From: Chloroflexota bacterium
GTDB taxonomy: Bacteria > Chloroflexota > UBA11872
Reading direction: 5' to 3'
Length of the DNA: 64,000 nucleotides
NCBI GenBank assembly: GCA_965198285.1
Contig: OZ240251.1
Span: forward strand, 3,712,434 to 3,776,433
The notes below the pieces were generated by a model. That model was not told where the DNA came from and made no database searches. It worked only from the letters and a program-made list of their open reading frames with translations. Made by a program: the position numbers and the translations under genes. Of this stretch, positions 1-9,729 are shown piece after piece; within the stretch, counting starts at the first letter, position 1; every line of letters starts with the position of its first letter.

Positions 1-1217
1 GCACTGAGATCGAATTCGTCGTGCAACAACCCCGTCGCCCGCGTGACCTGCGACTTGTCGACCAGGCAGGTCAGCCGGATCTCGCTTGTCGTGATGCTGA
101 CGATGTTGATCCCGGCTGCTGCCAACGCCCCGAACATTCGGGCCGCGACTCCCGGTGTGCTCTGGATGCCCACACCCACGATGCTCACCTTCCCCAGCTC
201 GGTCGACGCCGCCACGTCGCGGGCGCCGATCTCTGCCGCCACGGGGCGAATGAGATCCAGTGTCGCGTCCAGATCCGTCTCGGCGACGGTGAAGGAAAGA
301 TCCGTCACCCCACCGTCCGAGACGTTCTGGACGATCACGTCAATGTTTATGTGACGGTCGGCCAGCGGCTGAAACAGCGCATGCGCCAGACCAGGCCGGT
401 CACTGACGCCACGAATCGTGACCCGCGCCACGTCGGTGTCGTGCGCCACCGCACGTACTCGCTGCATCGTCTCGATTGGAACCGCTGATTCAGCCACAAT
501 TTCCGTCCCTGGTGCATCGCTGAAACTCGAACGTACCACCACCGGCATGCCGAAGTGTTCGGCAATCTCGACCGCGCGCGGATGCATGACGCGCGCGCCG
601 AGCTTTGCCATCTCCAACATCTCGTCGTAGATCACCAGATCCAGCTTGCGCGCGTCCGGCACAATCCGCGGATCGGCGGTGAAAATGCCGTCGACGTCCG
701 TGTAAATCTCGCACCGGTCGACGCCCAAGGCCACCGCCAGCGCCACTGCGGACGTGTCCGACGTTCCGCGGGCAAGCGTGACGATGTCCCCCAGCGGCCC
801 GAGACCCTGAAACCCCGCCATTACTGGCACGCGCCCCGCCGCCAACTCTGCTCGGATCCGCGTCGGCTCGATCTCGGTGATGCGGGCGCGGCCGTATCGC
901 CCGTTCGTCCGGATGCCGGCCTGCGGCCCCGAGAGCGCCAACGCGTCGCGTCCCAGTTCATGCAGCGCCATGGACATCAGGCCCGCGGAAACCAGCTCGC
1001 CCGTCGACAGCAGAAAGTCCAATTCGCGCGAGCGCGGTCGCGAAGTCAGCCGCTGCGCCGCTGCGATCAGGTCGTCGGTCGTGTCGCCCATGGCAGATAC
1101 GACCACGGCGATTCGATCGCCATGCCTCAGTGCGTCATGAATCCGCTCGGCCACCACACGAATCCGCTCGCTGGTTGCGAGCGACGAGCCACCGAACTTT
1201 TGAACGAGTAATGCCAC
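1..1217 (-). CDS. lysC: Aspartate kinase (3' end runs off the window)
   Basis: Manual translation from GTG at 1217: MALLVQKFGGSSLA...VVVSAMGDTTD...TDVDGIFTADPRIV...ACT domains ending GKVSIVGVGIQSTPGVAARMFGALAAAGINIVSITTSEIRLTCLV. Absent from the ORF track because the stop lies outside the window. Confidence 0.95.
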   Translation of the reverse strand, partial: MALLVQKFGGSSLATSERIRVVAERIHDALRHGDRIAVVVSAMGDTTDDLIAAAQRLTSRPRSRELDFLLSTGELVSAGLMSMALHELGRDALALSGPQAGIRTNGRYGRARITEIEPTRIRAELAAGRVPVMAGFQGLGPLGDIVTLARGTSDTSAVALAVALGVDRCEIYTDVDGIFTADPRIVPDARKLDLVIYDEMLEMAKLGARVMHPRAVEIAEHFGMPVVVRSSFSDAPGTEIVAESAVPIETMQRVRAVAHDTDVARVTIRGVSDRPGLAHALFQPLADRHINIDVIVQNVSDGGVTDLSFTVAETDLDATLDLIRPVAAEIGARDVAASTELGKVSIVGVGIQSTPGVAARMFGALAAAGINIVSITTSEIRLTCLVDKSQVTRATGLLHDEFDLS

Positions 1218-1323
1218 GCCGAACCAACATTTCTGACACGCGAACCTCCGATGCTAGCAATCGCAGCCCCTCGTCTGGGGGGATCGCCGCCCTGCGTCTC
1301 GGTCGCTCCGAGACCGGCAGGCG

Positions 1324-2897
1324 CTAGTCGGACTCGGTGTGGCTTTCGTGGGTCTCCATCACCTCGCGGGCCAGCGCCACGATCCGCCGCTGGTAGCTGG
1401 CCAGTGACCAGCGCGCCGCACGCCGTCGCGCGGCCTCGCCCATCTCCGCGCGGCGGCGTCCATTCCGGGCCAGCGCCAGTGTGAAGTCCGCAAACTCGTC
1501 CAACGTGCGCCAGCGATATCCGCTGCGTCCGGGCTCGACGACTTCCCGCAGGCCGCCGCCGTCAAAGACCACGGGCACGGCGCCGGCCATCATCAGTTCC
1601 GCAACCGCCATGCCGAAGTGCTCGTACCGTTCCGGACTGCGGCGTTCCGATTCGCCGTATCCCGCCGCGTGCCAGGCAATGGCGGCGTCCGCCCGCAATT
1701 CGCGCACGGTCGCCTCGTCGGCGTTCGGATACACGTCAATCGGCAGACCGCTGGCCTCGTGCTCCACCCTGCGCAGATAGGCCACATCCACCGGGCGCTG
1801 GCCAACGCCGCCCACCAGCGCCAGACGCCAGCCGACCAGCCCACGATCGCACAGCGTCCGAAAGGTGCGCACCATGGCCAGGTGCTTCTTGTTGTGGCCG
1901 CCGACAAAGAAACGCCCGATTGACACGATCAGCGGCTGCCGGGTGACGCGGCTCCGCGGGTCGGCAACCACCGGTGGCTCAATGACCGGTCCCGTAACGC
2001 CCCAGCGCCGCTCGAGCCAGGACGCGGTGTAGTGCGAGTTGGGCGTCACCGCGTCGTACGACCGCAGCGCGTCGGCATATCGCGCGGCATGGTCGTCGCC
2101 CGCACAGTAGGCCAACTTGGGAATCAGCCTTCGCGTCACTCGCTGGAATAGATCCCGTGACAACGCTCCGCGCTCCTCGATTGACCCCAGCGCCAGACCC
2201 AGTTGCCGGCCCTCCCAACGGTTCGTCCCGCCAGATGCTGCTGAATGGACCAAGAGTTCTCGGCAGCCGGAAGGAACGTGCACCCAGGGACCCGGCGCAA
2301 AGTCGCCTTTCGCCCCCGCCTGGCCCTTGGCCACTTCATCGCCTGCGCTCGTCTCGATCGTGTACGTCCGGTCCTCGTGACTCATGGCACTCAGCCAGAA
2401 TCGGACGCGGGTACCGTCACTGACGCCGATCCGCCCGTTGCCATCGGACTGGCGATAGAGAGCACCCTGGTGGGCCTCGGTTCCAAACCAGCCTGACCGC
2501 TCGTGGGCCGCGCCCAGTTTTGCGCCGAGCCTTCGCAACGCGCGCCCGACCATGCGCCATGCCAAGCTGCTCGGCTGCGCCGGAAAGTAAACAAACCTGA
2601 TCGACGGCAAGCTCTGCCGTCAACCAGGCTGAGATGGGTGCCATTGACAAACAGGTCCGCGTCGCCGGCGATGTCGCGACCGGTCAGCTGCGGGCGTTCT
2701 GGCACAAAGCGAAAGCTCACGCCATCCAGGTCCATTCCGGCCCAATCCACCACGGCCGATCGAGGCAGGGGACAATGCGAGACCACACTGACCGCACCCA
2801 GTTCACGCAGGGCGCTCGCCGCACTCAAGACCTGGCGCTCACCCCCGCCCAGCGTGGCCAGCCAGCCATCGAATAGAACAATGCGCTTTTCCTTCAA
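1324..2897 (-). pseudogene. GT4-family glycosyltransferase split by a single frameshift near 2611 (pseudogene or sequencing error)
   Basis: The N-terminal half (LATLGGGERQV, ORF 2391..2897) and C-terminal half (SIGRFF...KKH...YEHFGMAVAELMMAGAVPV, ORF 1324..2610) are in different frames and join at ggc aga gc|ttg ccg. Confidence 0.75.
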
Positions 2898-2997
2898 TTC
2901 GACACCGTCAGTTCATCCAAAGCCGTCTGCCACTTCTTGGGGGAACCGACGTCACGCGAATCCAAGCCCCTGCCGCCGAGCGGACGCTGCACGCAAG

Positions 2998-3789
2998 TCA
3001 GTCGTACGCCCTACGCAGCAAATGCCAGCGCACTCGCAGTACATCAAGCAGCATCAGAACAGCATCGGACAGCGGCCGAACCTTGCTCATGGGCACGTGC
3101 CGCCACTCAATTGGAACCTCCACGGTCTGCCAGCCGCGACGGCCGGCAATAGCCAGCAGCTCCACGTCGAAGGCGGTGACTCGCTCGCGCTCGAGGACGT
3201 CTCCGTCGGCTGGATAGAGGCGAACTCGATTGAAAATATCCTCGGCCGCATCCGCTGAAAACCCCTTAAAGCCGCATTGGGTATCGCTATATCCGCTGAC
3301 GCCGAGCCATCCAACAAGCCGATTGAATACGCGACCTAGCGCATGGCGGCGCCAGGGCTCATCGTGGCGGTGGGACTGATCGAGTTCCCGCGAACCAATC
3401 ACGACATCGGCGCCGCGTCGAACTTCCTCCACCAGCCGCTCGACAAATACCAGCGGGACCGCCAGGTCCGCGTCCATGAACATCCGCACGGCGCCGCGCG
3501 CTTCCAGCATGCCGCGCGCCACCGCCGCTCCCTTGCCGCGGTGGGGCTCGGCTAGTACGACGGGGACAACCTCGCCTGTACCGGGCCTCTCGTCTGCCCA
3601 GGCCTGGGCCACGGCAAGGGTGCCGTCCCTCGACCCGTCGTCCACAACCACAACTTCAACCCGACCGCGGCGCCCCACCGCCCATTCGTGAACCGCACGC
3701 AAAGTGGCGCCTAGACGGTCCTCTTCGTCGAATGCCGGGATGACGATCGAGAGCTGTACCGGCGCTTCGGACGGACTAGCCACGGTCAT
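2998..3789 (-). CDS. GT2 glycosyltransferase, dolichyl-phosphate beta-glucosyltransferase-like
   Basis: SIVIPAFDEE, VVDDGSRDGT, GKGAAV, FMDADL, DTQCGFKGF, FDVELL motifs. Confidence 0.9.
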   Translation of the reverse strand: MTVASPSEAPVQLSIVIPAFDEEDRLGATLRAVHEWAVGRRGRVEVVVVDDGSRDGTLAVAQAWADERPGTGEVVPVVLAEPHRGKGAAVARGMLEARGAVRMFMDADLAVPLVFVERLVEEVRRGADVVIGSRELDQSHRHDEPWRRHALGRVFNRLVGWLGVSGYSDTQCGFKGFSADAAEDIFNRVRLYPADGDVLERERVTAFDVELLAIAGRRGWQTVEVPIEWRHVPMSKVRPLSDAVLMLLDVLRVRWHLLRRAYD

Positions 3790-3855
3790 AGGTCGCTATT
3801 CCTAGGGTCTCGGCCTCTGTGGCGCACTCACCGGCCACACTGCGTCGCCAATACA

Positions 3856-5307
3856 TCAGTGATCCGCCGGAGGGCTACTCTCCGGCTGCAAGGCTGCCGG
3901 AAGCCCCCGAGCAACCAGGTCCTGCACGTGCTCACGCTGCCAGCGCAGCCAGCGGTACGCGCGCCCCACCTCCTCGAGCACCCGCGCCGGCGCCGTTCCC
4001 CCGAGTGACGTACGGCGCGCGACGACCTCCTCGAGGTTCAGCCGGCGCCGCACGTCGCCCGGTAGCCGCTCACTGGCTGCTGCAAAGTCCGCGTCGTCCA
4101 GGTCGGCCAGCTCCACACCTTTGGAGTCGGCCAGCCGCACCAGTCGCCCCACGGCCGCATGCGCGTCGCGAAACGGCAGCCCGCGCTCCGTCAGGTAGTC
4201 GGCGATTTCAATTGCCGCCGGATGCCCCAGACGTGCGATGGCCGCCATGCGCTCGCGGTTCACGGTCAAGGTGCGCAGCGCGCCGGTCAGCGCCCCCAGC
4301 GCCCCAAGCACGTCGTCCTCGACCCTGAAGACGGCGCGCTTGTCCTCCTGCATGTCCAACGCGTAGCTCAGGGGCACCCCTTTCAGCGTCGCGTGCCATC
4401 CGAAGGCCGCGCCCGCAACCGCCCCGGCCTTCGCGCGCGTCAGTTCCGCCACGTCCGGGTTGAGCTTCTGGGGCAGCATGCTGCTACCGGTCGCGAACGC
4501 GTCGTCGAAACGAACCATTCCGAAACCGGGCGACGCCCAGACCACCAGGTCTTCCGCCCACCGCGATAGATGCCCGTTCAGGGTCAGGCAGGCCTGCAGC
4601 ACGGCGCTCACAAAGTCCCGGTCCGACACGGCGTCCAGACTGTTGCGCGCGACCTGACTGAAACAGAGTTCCGCGGCCACGTACTCACGATCCACGTCGA
4701 ATGCCACGCCGGCCAACGCCCCGGTGCCAAGTGGACAAACGTCCGCCACGGTGTACGCGTGCAAGATTCCGTCTACGTCTCGCCGGTGCATCTCAAACAG
4801 AGCCAGGAAGTAGTGCCCCAGCGTGACCGGTTGCGCGACCTGCAGGTGGGTGAATCCCGGCGCGATGGTCCCCGCTTCCTCTTCGGCCCGGCGCACCAGA
4901 ACGCCCAGCAGGTCCAGTACCGCCGTCACAAGGCGCAAGCTGAATCCTTTGCAGTAGAGCCGGAAATCCGTGGCGACCTGGTCGTTGCGACTGCGCGCCA
5001 CGTGCAGGCGGCGGCCGTCGTCGCCGATACGTGCGGTCAGCTCCCGTTCAACGTAGCTGTGCACATCCTCATCGTCCGCGTCCGGCGGAGGACCGCCCGT
5101 TGCCTGGAGCTCGACCAGCAGCGCATCGAGCGCCGCCGTCAGAGCATCGGCGCTGCTGGCCGGAATGATCTGCTGGCGGCCCAGCATCGCGGCGTGCGCG
5201 CGGCTGGCCACGATGTCCTCGCGGTACATCCGACGGTCGACGGGGTACGAGCGCGTAAACGCGCGGGCGCTTTCCGCCGGCGGTTTGTCGAACCGTCCAC
5301 CCCACAT
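3856..5307 (-). CDS. argH: Argininosuccinate lyase
   Basis: MWGGRF, ARSRNDQVATD, PGFTHLQVAQP, GSSMLPQKLNPD. Confidence 0.97.
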   Translation of the reverse strand: MWGGRFDKPPAESARAFTRSYPVDRRMYREDIVASRAHAAMLGRQQIIPASSADALTAALDALLVELQATGGPPPDADDEDVHSYVERELTARIGDDGRRLHVARSRNDQVATDFRLYCKGFSLRLVTAVLDLLGVLVRRAEEEAGTIAPGFTHLQVAQPVTLGHYFLALFEMHRRDVDGILHAYTVADVCPLGTGALAGVAFDVDREYVAAELCFSQVARNSLDAVSDRDFVSAVLQACLTLNGHLSRWAEDLVVWASPGFGMVRFDDAFATGSSMLPQKLNPDVAELTRAKAGAVAGAAFGWHATLKGVPLSYALDMQEDKRAVFRVEDDVLGALGALTGALRTLTVNRERMAAIARLGHPAAIEIADYLTERGLPFRDAHAAVGRLVRLADSKGVELADLDDADFAAASERLPGDVRRRLNLEEVVARRTSLGGTAPARVLEEVGRAYRWLRWQREHVQDLVARGLPAALQPESSPPADH

Positions 5308-5347
5308 CAGCGCGGGTTACTTCAGCAGCCGGAGCGCGGAAACGTCG

Positions 5348-6526
5348 TCAAACGCCCCGCGCGGCCTCGAGCGCATCCAGTCCTTCGTCCAGTTCGTCCA
5401 GGCTGATTGTCAGCGGCGGCACGATGCGGATCGTGGCCGGTCCGGCCTTGATGATCAGCAGCCCGTGACCTCGCGCGCTCTCCACGACCGCCGTCGCCGC
5501 GTCCTCGGACTCGAGATCGAACCCGATCATCAGCCCCAGCCCCCGCACGTCGGTGATGCGCGCGCCCTGCGCGGCGCTGTCTCGCAGACGCGTCCGAACG
5601 TGCTCGCCCTTCGCCTGGACGTCGTCCAGAAACCCAGGGGCCATGACCCGGTCCAGCACCACGCGGGCCGCGGCGCACGCCACCGGACTGCCGCCAAAGG
5701 TGGACCCGTGCTCGCCCGGCGCCAGCACACTCACGGCCTCGCTGCTCAGCACCGCCCCGATCGGCAGCCCACCGCCCAGGCCCTTCGCCAGCCCTATCAG
5801 GTCCGGCGTGACGCCAAAGTTCTCGTAGCCAAAGAGGCGGCCGGTGCGCCCGATTCCTGTTTGGACTTCGTCAAAGATCAGCAGCACGCCGTGCTCGTCG
5901 CAAACGCGCCGCAGACCGCGAACGTAGTCCGGGTCCGCCATGCGCACGCCGCTTTCGCCCTGCACCAATTCCACCATCACGGCGGCGGTGGTTGGCGAGA
6001 TCGAGTCGTCCACCGCGTCCAGGTCGTTCAGCGGGACATGCGTAAACCCGGCCGGCATGGGTGCAAACGGTTCCTGGTAGGCCGGCGTACCGGTAGCCGC
6101 CGTCGTGGCAATCGTGCGGCCGTGAAACCCGTGTTCGGCCGTAATGACCTCGTACGCGCCGTTGCGCTGCGTCCGTCCCCATTTTCGGGCGATCTTCAGG
6201 CAGGTCTCGCTGGCCTCGGCGCCGCTGTTGACGAAGAAGACGCGGTCCAGCGCCGAGTTCTCAACCAGGCGCTGCGCAACCTCGAGCTGCGGCGTCGTGT
6301 AGAAGAGGTTTGAGATATGCGCCAGGGTGCGAACCTGGTCCGCGACGGCCTCGCATAGTTCAGGATCGCCGTGCCCCAATGTGGTTACGGCAATGCCCGC
6401 GGTGAAGTCCAGGTACGAATTGCCCTCGTCGTCCCACAGCCGCGAACCCTCACCGCGCACCACCGTTACGGGAAAGCGACGGAACGCCTGGTGGTAGTAG
6501 CGCGCCTCTAGCTCCTGCCAGCCCAT
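5348..6526 (-). CDS. argD: Acetylornithine aminotransferase
   Basis: YLDFTAGIAV, FFVNSGAEA, FHGRT, IFDEVQTGIGRTG, AKGLGGG, HGSTFGG; lies in the arg operon; ATG at 6526 chosen. Confidence 0.93.
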   Translation of the reverse strand: MGWQELEARYYHQAFRRFPVTVVRGEGSRLWDDEGNSYLDFTAGIAVTTLGHGDPELCEAVADQVRTLAHISNLFYTTPQLEVAQRLVENSALDRVFFVNSGAEASETCLKIARKWGRTQRNGAYEVITAEHGFHGRTIATTAATGTPAYQEPFAPMPAGFTHVPLNDLDAVDDSISPTTAAVMVELVQGESGVRMADPDYVRGLRRVCDEHGVLLIFDEVQTGIGRTGRLFGYENFGVTPDLIGLAKGLGGGLPIGAVLSSEAVSVLAPGEHGSTFGGSPVACAAARVVLDRVMAPGFLDDVQAKGEHVRTRLRDSAAQGARITDVRGLGLMIGFDLESEDAATAVVESARGHGLLIIKAGPATIRIVPPLTISLDELDEGLDALEAARGV

Positions 6527-6578
6527 GCGTGGATCAGCCTCGGGAGGGGTCGAACGGCAGTCGCCGTTCCAACCAGGA

Positions 6579-7409
6579 TTATAGGGAGGTGGCTTCGCCC
6601 CTGACCTGCGTACCGCCGCCGGCCGGATCCAGGGCGCGCCGGAGCGCATGCCGCCGCATGCCGCTGGCGATGCAGACCGTGTCCACGTTGCCCAGCAGCG
6701 CCACCGCGGCCCGAACCTTGGGAACCATCCCGCCCGCGATTACTGCGCTTCCGATCAAGCCCCGAGCGCTGGCCGGGTCCAGGTGCGCCAGCACCGCGCC
6801 GTCAGCGTCCCGCACGCCGTCCACGTCAGTCAGAAACACCAGGGCCGCGGCTCGCGTCGCCTGTGCCAGCGCCCCTGCAATGTCGTCACCGTTCACGTTG
6901 TAGATCGATCCGCGCCCGTCGACGCCCAGCGGCGAAACGACCGGCACGTGCCCTGCCACTGTCAGGTCATCCAGCAGACGTGTGTCTACGGACCGCACCT
7001 GACCCACCCAGCCCAAATCCGGCGATGCGCGGCGCACGCGCACCACACCGCCATCCGGCCCGCTAATGCCAACCGCCGAAACTCCAGCCTGCTGCAGTGC
7101 TCCCACCACGGCCGGCGCCACCAGTCCTCGGAATACCAGCACGGCGTCGTCGCGCGTCTGGTCGTCAGTCACGCGCAGACCGTTGTGCCACGTCGTATTG
7201 CGCTTCCGCGCCCGCTGCCAGGCCGTCAGTTCGTCGCCGCCGCCGTGGGCAATCACCACGCGTGCGCCGTCCTCGACCAGCGCGCGCACGTCGGCCCCAA
7301 TTCGTCCGGCGGCCATGTTGGCCGTCCCGCCAATCTTCACCACCACGTAACGGCCCGACAGGTTCGGCGCGGCCGTGGCTTCGCCTGACGCTGGGTTCGC
7401 CTCGCTCAG
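6579..7409 (-). CDS. argB: Acetylglutamate kinase (start at CTG 7409 or GTG 7346)
   Basis: VVKIGG, AHGGG, GLRVTD, YNVNGD, LTDVDGV, GGMVPKV. Confidence 0.93.
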   Translation of the reverse strand: MSEANPASGEATAAPNLSGRYVVVKIGGTANMAAGRIGADVRALVEDGARVVIAHGGGDELTAWQRARKRNTTWHNGLRVTDDQTRDDAVLVFRGLVAPAVVGALQQAGVSAVGISGPDGGVVRVRRASPDLGWVGQVRSVDTRLLDDLTVAGHVPVVSPLGVDGRGSIYNVNGDDIAGALAQATRAAALVFLTDVDGVRDADGAVLAHLDPASARGLIGSAVIAGGMVPKVRAAVALLGNVDTVCIASGMRRHALRRALDPAGGGTQVRGEATSL

Positions 7410-8635
7410 GTCATGTACTCCGCGTTGATCGCCACGTACTCGGCCGAAAGGTCCCCGCCCCAGGCCGTCGCGCTGGCCTCGCCTTGGTTCAGCGCCACCT
7501 CAATCGTTACGTCCGAATGACGCAGGTGCTCGGCAACGGTTGGCTCGTCGTACACCGCCGGCGCGCCCTGGCGCACAACCTGCGTGTCCCCGATCCAGAT
7601 ATCGAGTACGTCCGGGTCGAAGGACGCTCCGCTGTTGCCCAGGGCCATCACGATCCGGCCCCAGTTGGGGTCGCCGCCGTGCACCGCCGTCTTCACAAGT
7701 GACGATGTCGTGATCGCTCGGGCCGCCTGACGCGCCGTGGCTTCGTCGGACGCCCCTCGCACGGTCACGGCAAAGACCTTGGTCACGCCTTCGCCCCCGC
7801 GCACGATCTCCCGGGAAAGCCACCGGCACACAGCGTGCAGGCCACGCGTAAAGGCCGTCGCGTCGGCCGTCCCCTCCTGGAGCAGACCCGTCTCGCTGGC
7901 CCCATTGGCCTGCAGCAGCGCCGTGTCGCTCGTGGACTGGTCGCCGTCAATGCTGATCAAGTTGAACGAGTCGGCTACCGCCGCACTGAGCAGCCGCTGC
8001 AGGGTCGAACCCTCCACTTCGGCGTCGGTCGTCATGAATACGAACATCGTCGCCATGTTCGGGTGCACCATGCCCGCACCCTTGGCGGCGCCGCCGATTC
8101 GGATCGTTCCGCTCGAAACGGGCACCTCAATAGCCAGCGTCTTCGGCGCGACATCGGTAGTCAGCATGGCGGCCGCGACGTCCGCACCGGCCTCCGCCGT
8201 GAGCTCCAACGCCTCCACGCCCGCCAGCACCTTGGGCATCGGCAGGCGAAACCCGATCACGCCGGTGGACGCCACCAGGACCTCATCCGCCGGCACGCCG
8301 AAACGGCCGGCGAAAGCGTCAATGAATTCCAGCGCGTCGGCACGCCCGCCGGCACCGGTGTACGTGTTCGCGTTTCCGCTGTTGAACACGATGCCCCGAG
8401 CCGGCTTCCTGCTGAGCCGCTCCTGGTTGATGGTCACCGACGTGCCACGCACCTGATTGGTGGTAAACGTGGCGGCCGATTGACACGGCGTGCGCGTGCT
8501 GAGAATCGCCCCCAGATCCAGGTCGGGCGTGGACTTGATCCCCGCGGCTACGCCTCCGCCGACAAACCCGCGGGCCGCCAGCGTCCCCCCTGGAACGACC
8601 CGAAACCCGTCGAGCTTCGCCGGTGGCTGGTGCAT
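7406..8635 (-). CDS. argJ: Bifunctional ornithine acetyltransferase / N-acetylglutamate synthase
   Basis: NSGNANT, STGVIG, AKGAGMVHPNMATM, IDGDQSTSD, DPNWGR, INAEYMT. Confidence 0.96.
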   Translation of the reverse strand: MHQPPAKLDGFRVVPGGTLAARGFVGGGVAAGIKSTPDLDLGAILSTRTPCQSAATFTTNQVRGTSVTINQERLSRKPARGIVFNSGNANTYTGAGGRADALEFIDAFAGRFGVPADEVLVASTGVIGFRLPMPKVLAGVEALELTAEAGADVAAAMLTTDVAPKTLAIEVPVSSGTIRIGGAAKGAGMVHPNMATMFVFMTTDAEVEGSTLQRLLSAAVADSFNLISIDGDQSTSDTALLQANGASETGLLQEGTADATAFTRGLHAVCRWLSREIVRGGEGVTKVFAVTVRGASDEATARQAARAITTSSLVKTAVHGGDPNWGRIVMALGNSGASFDPDVLDIWIGDTQVVRQGAPAVYDEPTVAEHLRHSDVTIEVALNQGEASATAWGGDLSAEYVAINAEYMT

Positions 8636-9667
8636 CTAGGGATGACTCGGCGGAATCGCCAGACCGACCTGCTCGTCGATCCCCACCATCACGTTCGCGT
8701 TCTGGACCGCGCTACCGGCCGCGCCCTTCCCAAGGTTGTCGATCGCCGCCATGGCCACCAGCGTCTGCGTCGACTCGTCCAGCGTCCAATGCACGAACGC
8801 GTGGTTGCCGCCGGACGTCCATTTCGTGTGCGGCGGTGCGCCTGCCAAGTGCACGAACGGCTCCCCCTCATAGGCGTCGCGGTAGGCCTGCTCGACCTGC
8901 GCTGGCGCAACATCCTCACGCAGCGACCCGTAGGCCGTAATCAGGATGCCGCGCGTCATGGGCACCAGATGCGGCGCGAACGTCACCTCGATCGGCGAGC
9001 CGGCAAGATCGCTCAACTCCTGCGCGATCTCCGGGCTCTGGTAGTGATCGGCAACTCGATAGGCGGCGGCGTCCTCGTTGATTTCAGAGAAACCATAAGC
9101 GGCGGACGCCGAGCGCCCTGCGCCCGACACACCCGTCTTAGAGTCCACCATCACGTGGCCGGTCACCAATCCGGCGCGCGCCGCCGGCGCCAGCGCCAGC
9201 GCAGCCGTGATCGCGTGACAGCCTGGGTTGGCCACCAGGTCGGTCTGGCGAATCTGCCCGCGGTGCCATTCCGTCAACCCGTAAACAGCCGACTCGATCC
9301 ATTCGGGCGCGGCGTGTTCCACGCCGTGCCAGCGCAGGTAGTCCGCCGGATCCCTCAGGCGGAAATCCGAACTCACGTCGATACAGCGGACCCCGTCGTC
9401 CAGGAACGGCGCCAGCTGCGCCGCCGAAGCCTTGTGCGGCAGGCAGGAGATCACCAGATCGGCGCTGCCGTTCAACTCGGCCGTCAGTTCCAGATCGGCG
9501 TACGCGGCGCGGCCGCTGGCGCGCAGCCACGGAAACACCTCGTGCAGACGGCGTCCGGCCTGACTGCGTGCGGTAACGCCGGAAATTTCGAATTCCGGGT
9601 GCCCGGCCAGATACCGAACCAGTTCGCCGCCGGCGTAGCCGGTGGCGTTGAGTATCCCTATGCGCAT
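8636..9667 (-). CDS. argC: N-acetyl-gamma-glutamyl-phosphate reductase
   Basis: ATGYAGGEL, ANPGCH, GVSGAGR, PMTRGI, IDNLGKGAAG; SD GAGG before ATG at 9667. Confidence 0.96.
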   Translation of the reverse strand: MRIGILNATGYAGGELVRYLAGHPEFEISGVTARSQAGRRLHEVFPWLRASGRAAYADLELTAELNGSADLVISCLPHKASAAQLAPFLDDGVRCIDVSSDFRLRDPADYLRWHGVEHAAPEWIESAVYGLTEWHRGQIRQTDLVANPGCHAITAALALAPAARAGLVTGHVMVDSKTGVSGAGRSASAAYGFSEINEDAAAYRVADHYQSPEIAQELSDLAGSPIEVTFAPHLVPMTRGILITAYGSLREDVAPAQVEQAYRDAYEGEPFVHLAGAPPHTKWTSGGNHAFVHWTLDESTQTLVAMAAIDNLGKGAAGSAVQNANVMVGIDEQVGLAIPPSHP

Positions 9668-9690
9668 ACGCACCTCGCCTGGGAGAAGCG

Positions 9691-9696
9691 ATTATA
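9691..9696 (-). promoter_or_regulatory. Putative -10 box (TATAAT) of the arg operon
   Basis: Perfect TATAAT about 25 nt upstream of argC in a GC-rich background. Confidence 0.55.
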
Positions 9697-9704
9697 TGGA
9701 CGAA

Positions 9705-9729
9705 CGGCGGCTGCGCCGCCGCTTTTTTT
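9705..9729. terminator. GC hairpin with T/A tract between uppP and the arg promoter
   Basis: CGGCGGC-TGC-GCCGCCG followed by a T run on the + strand. Confidence 0.5.
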
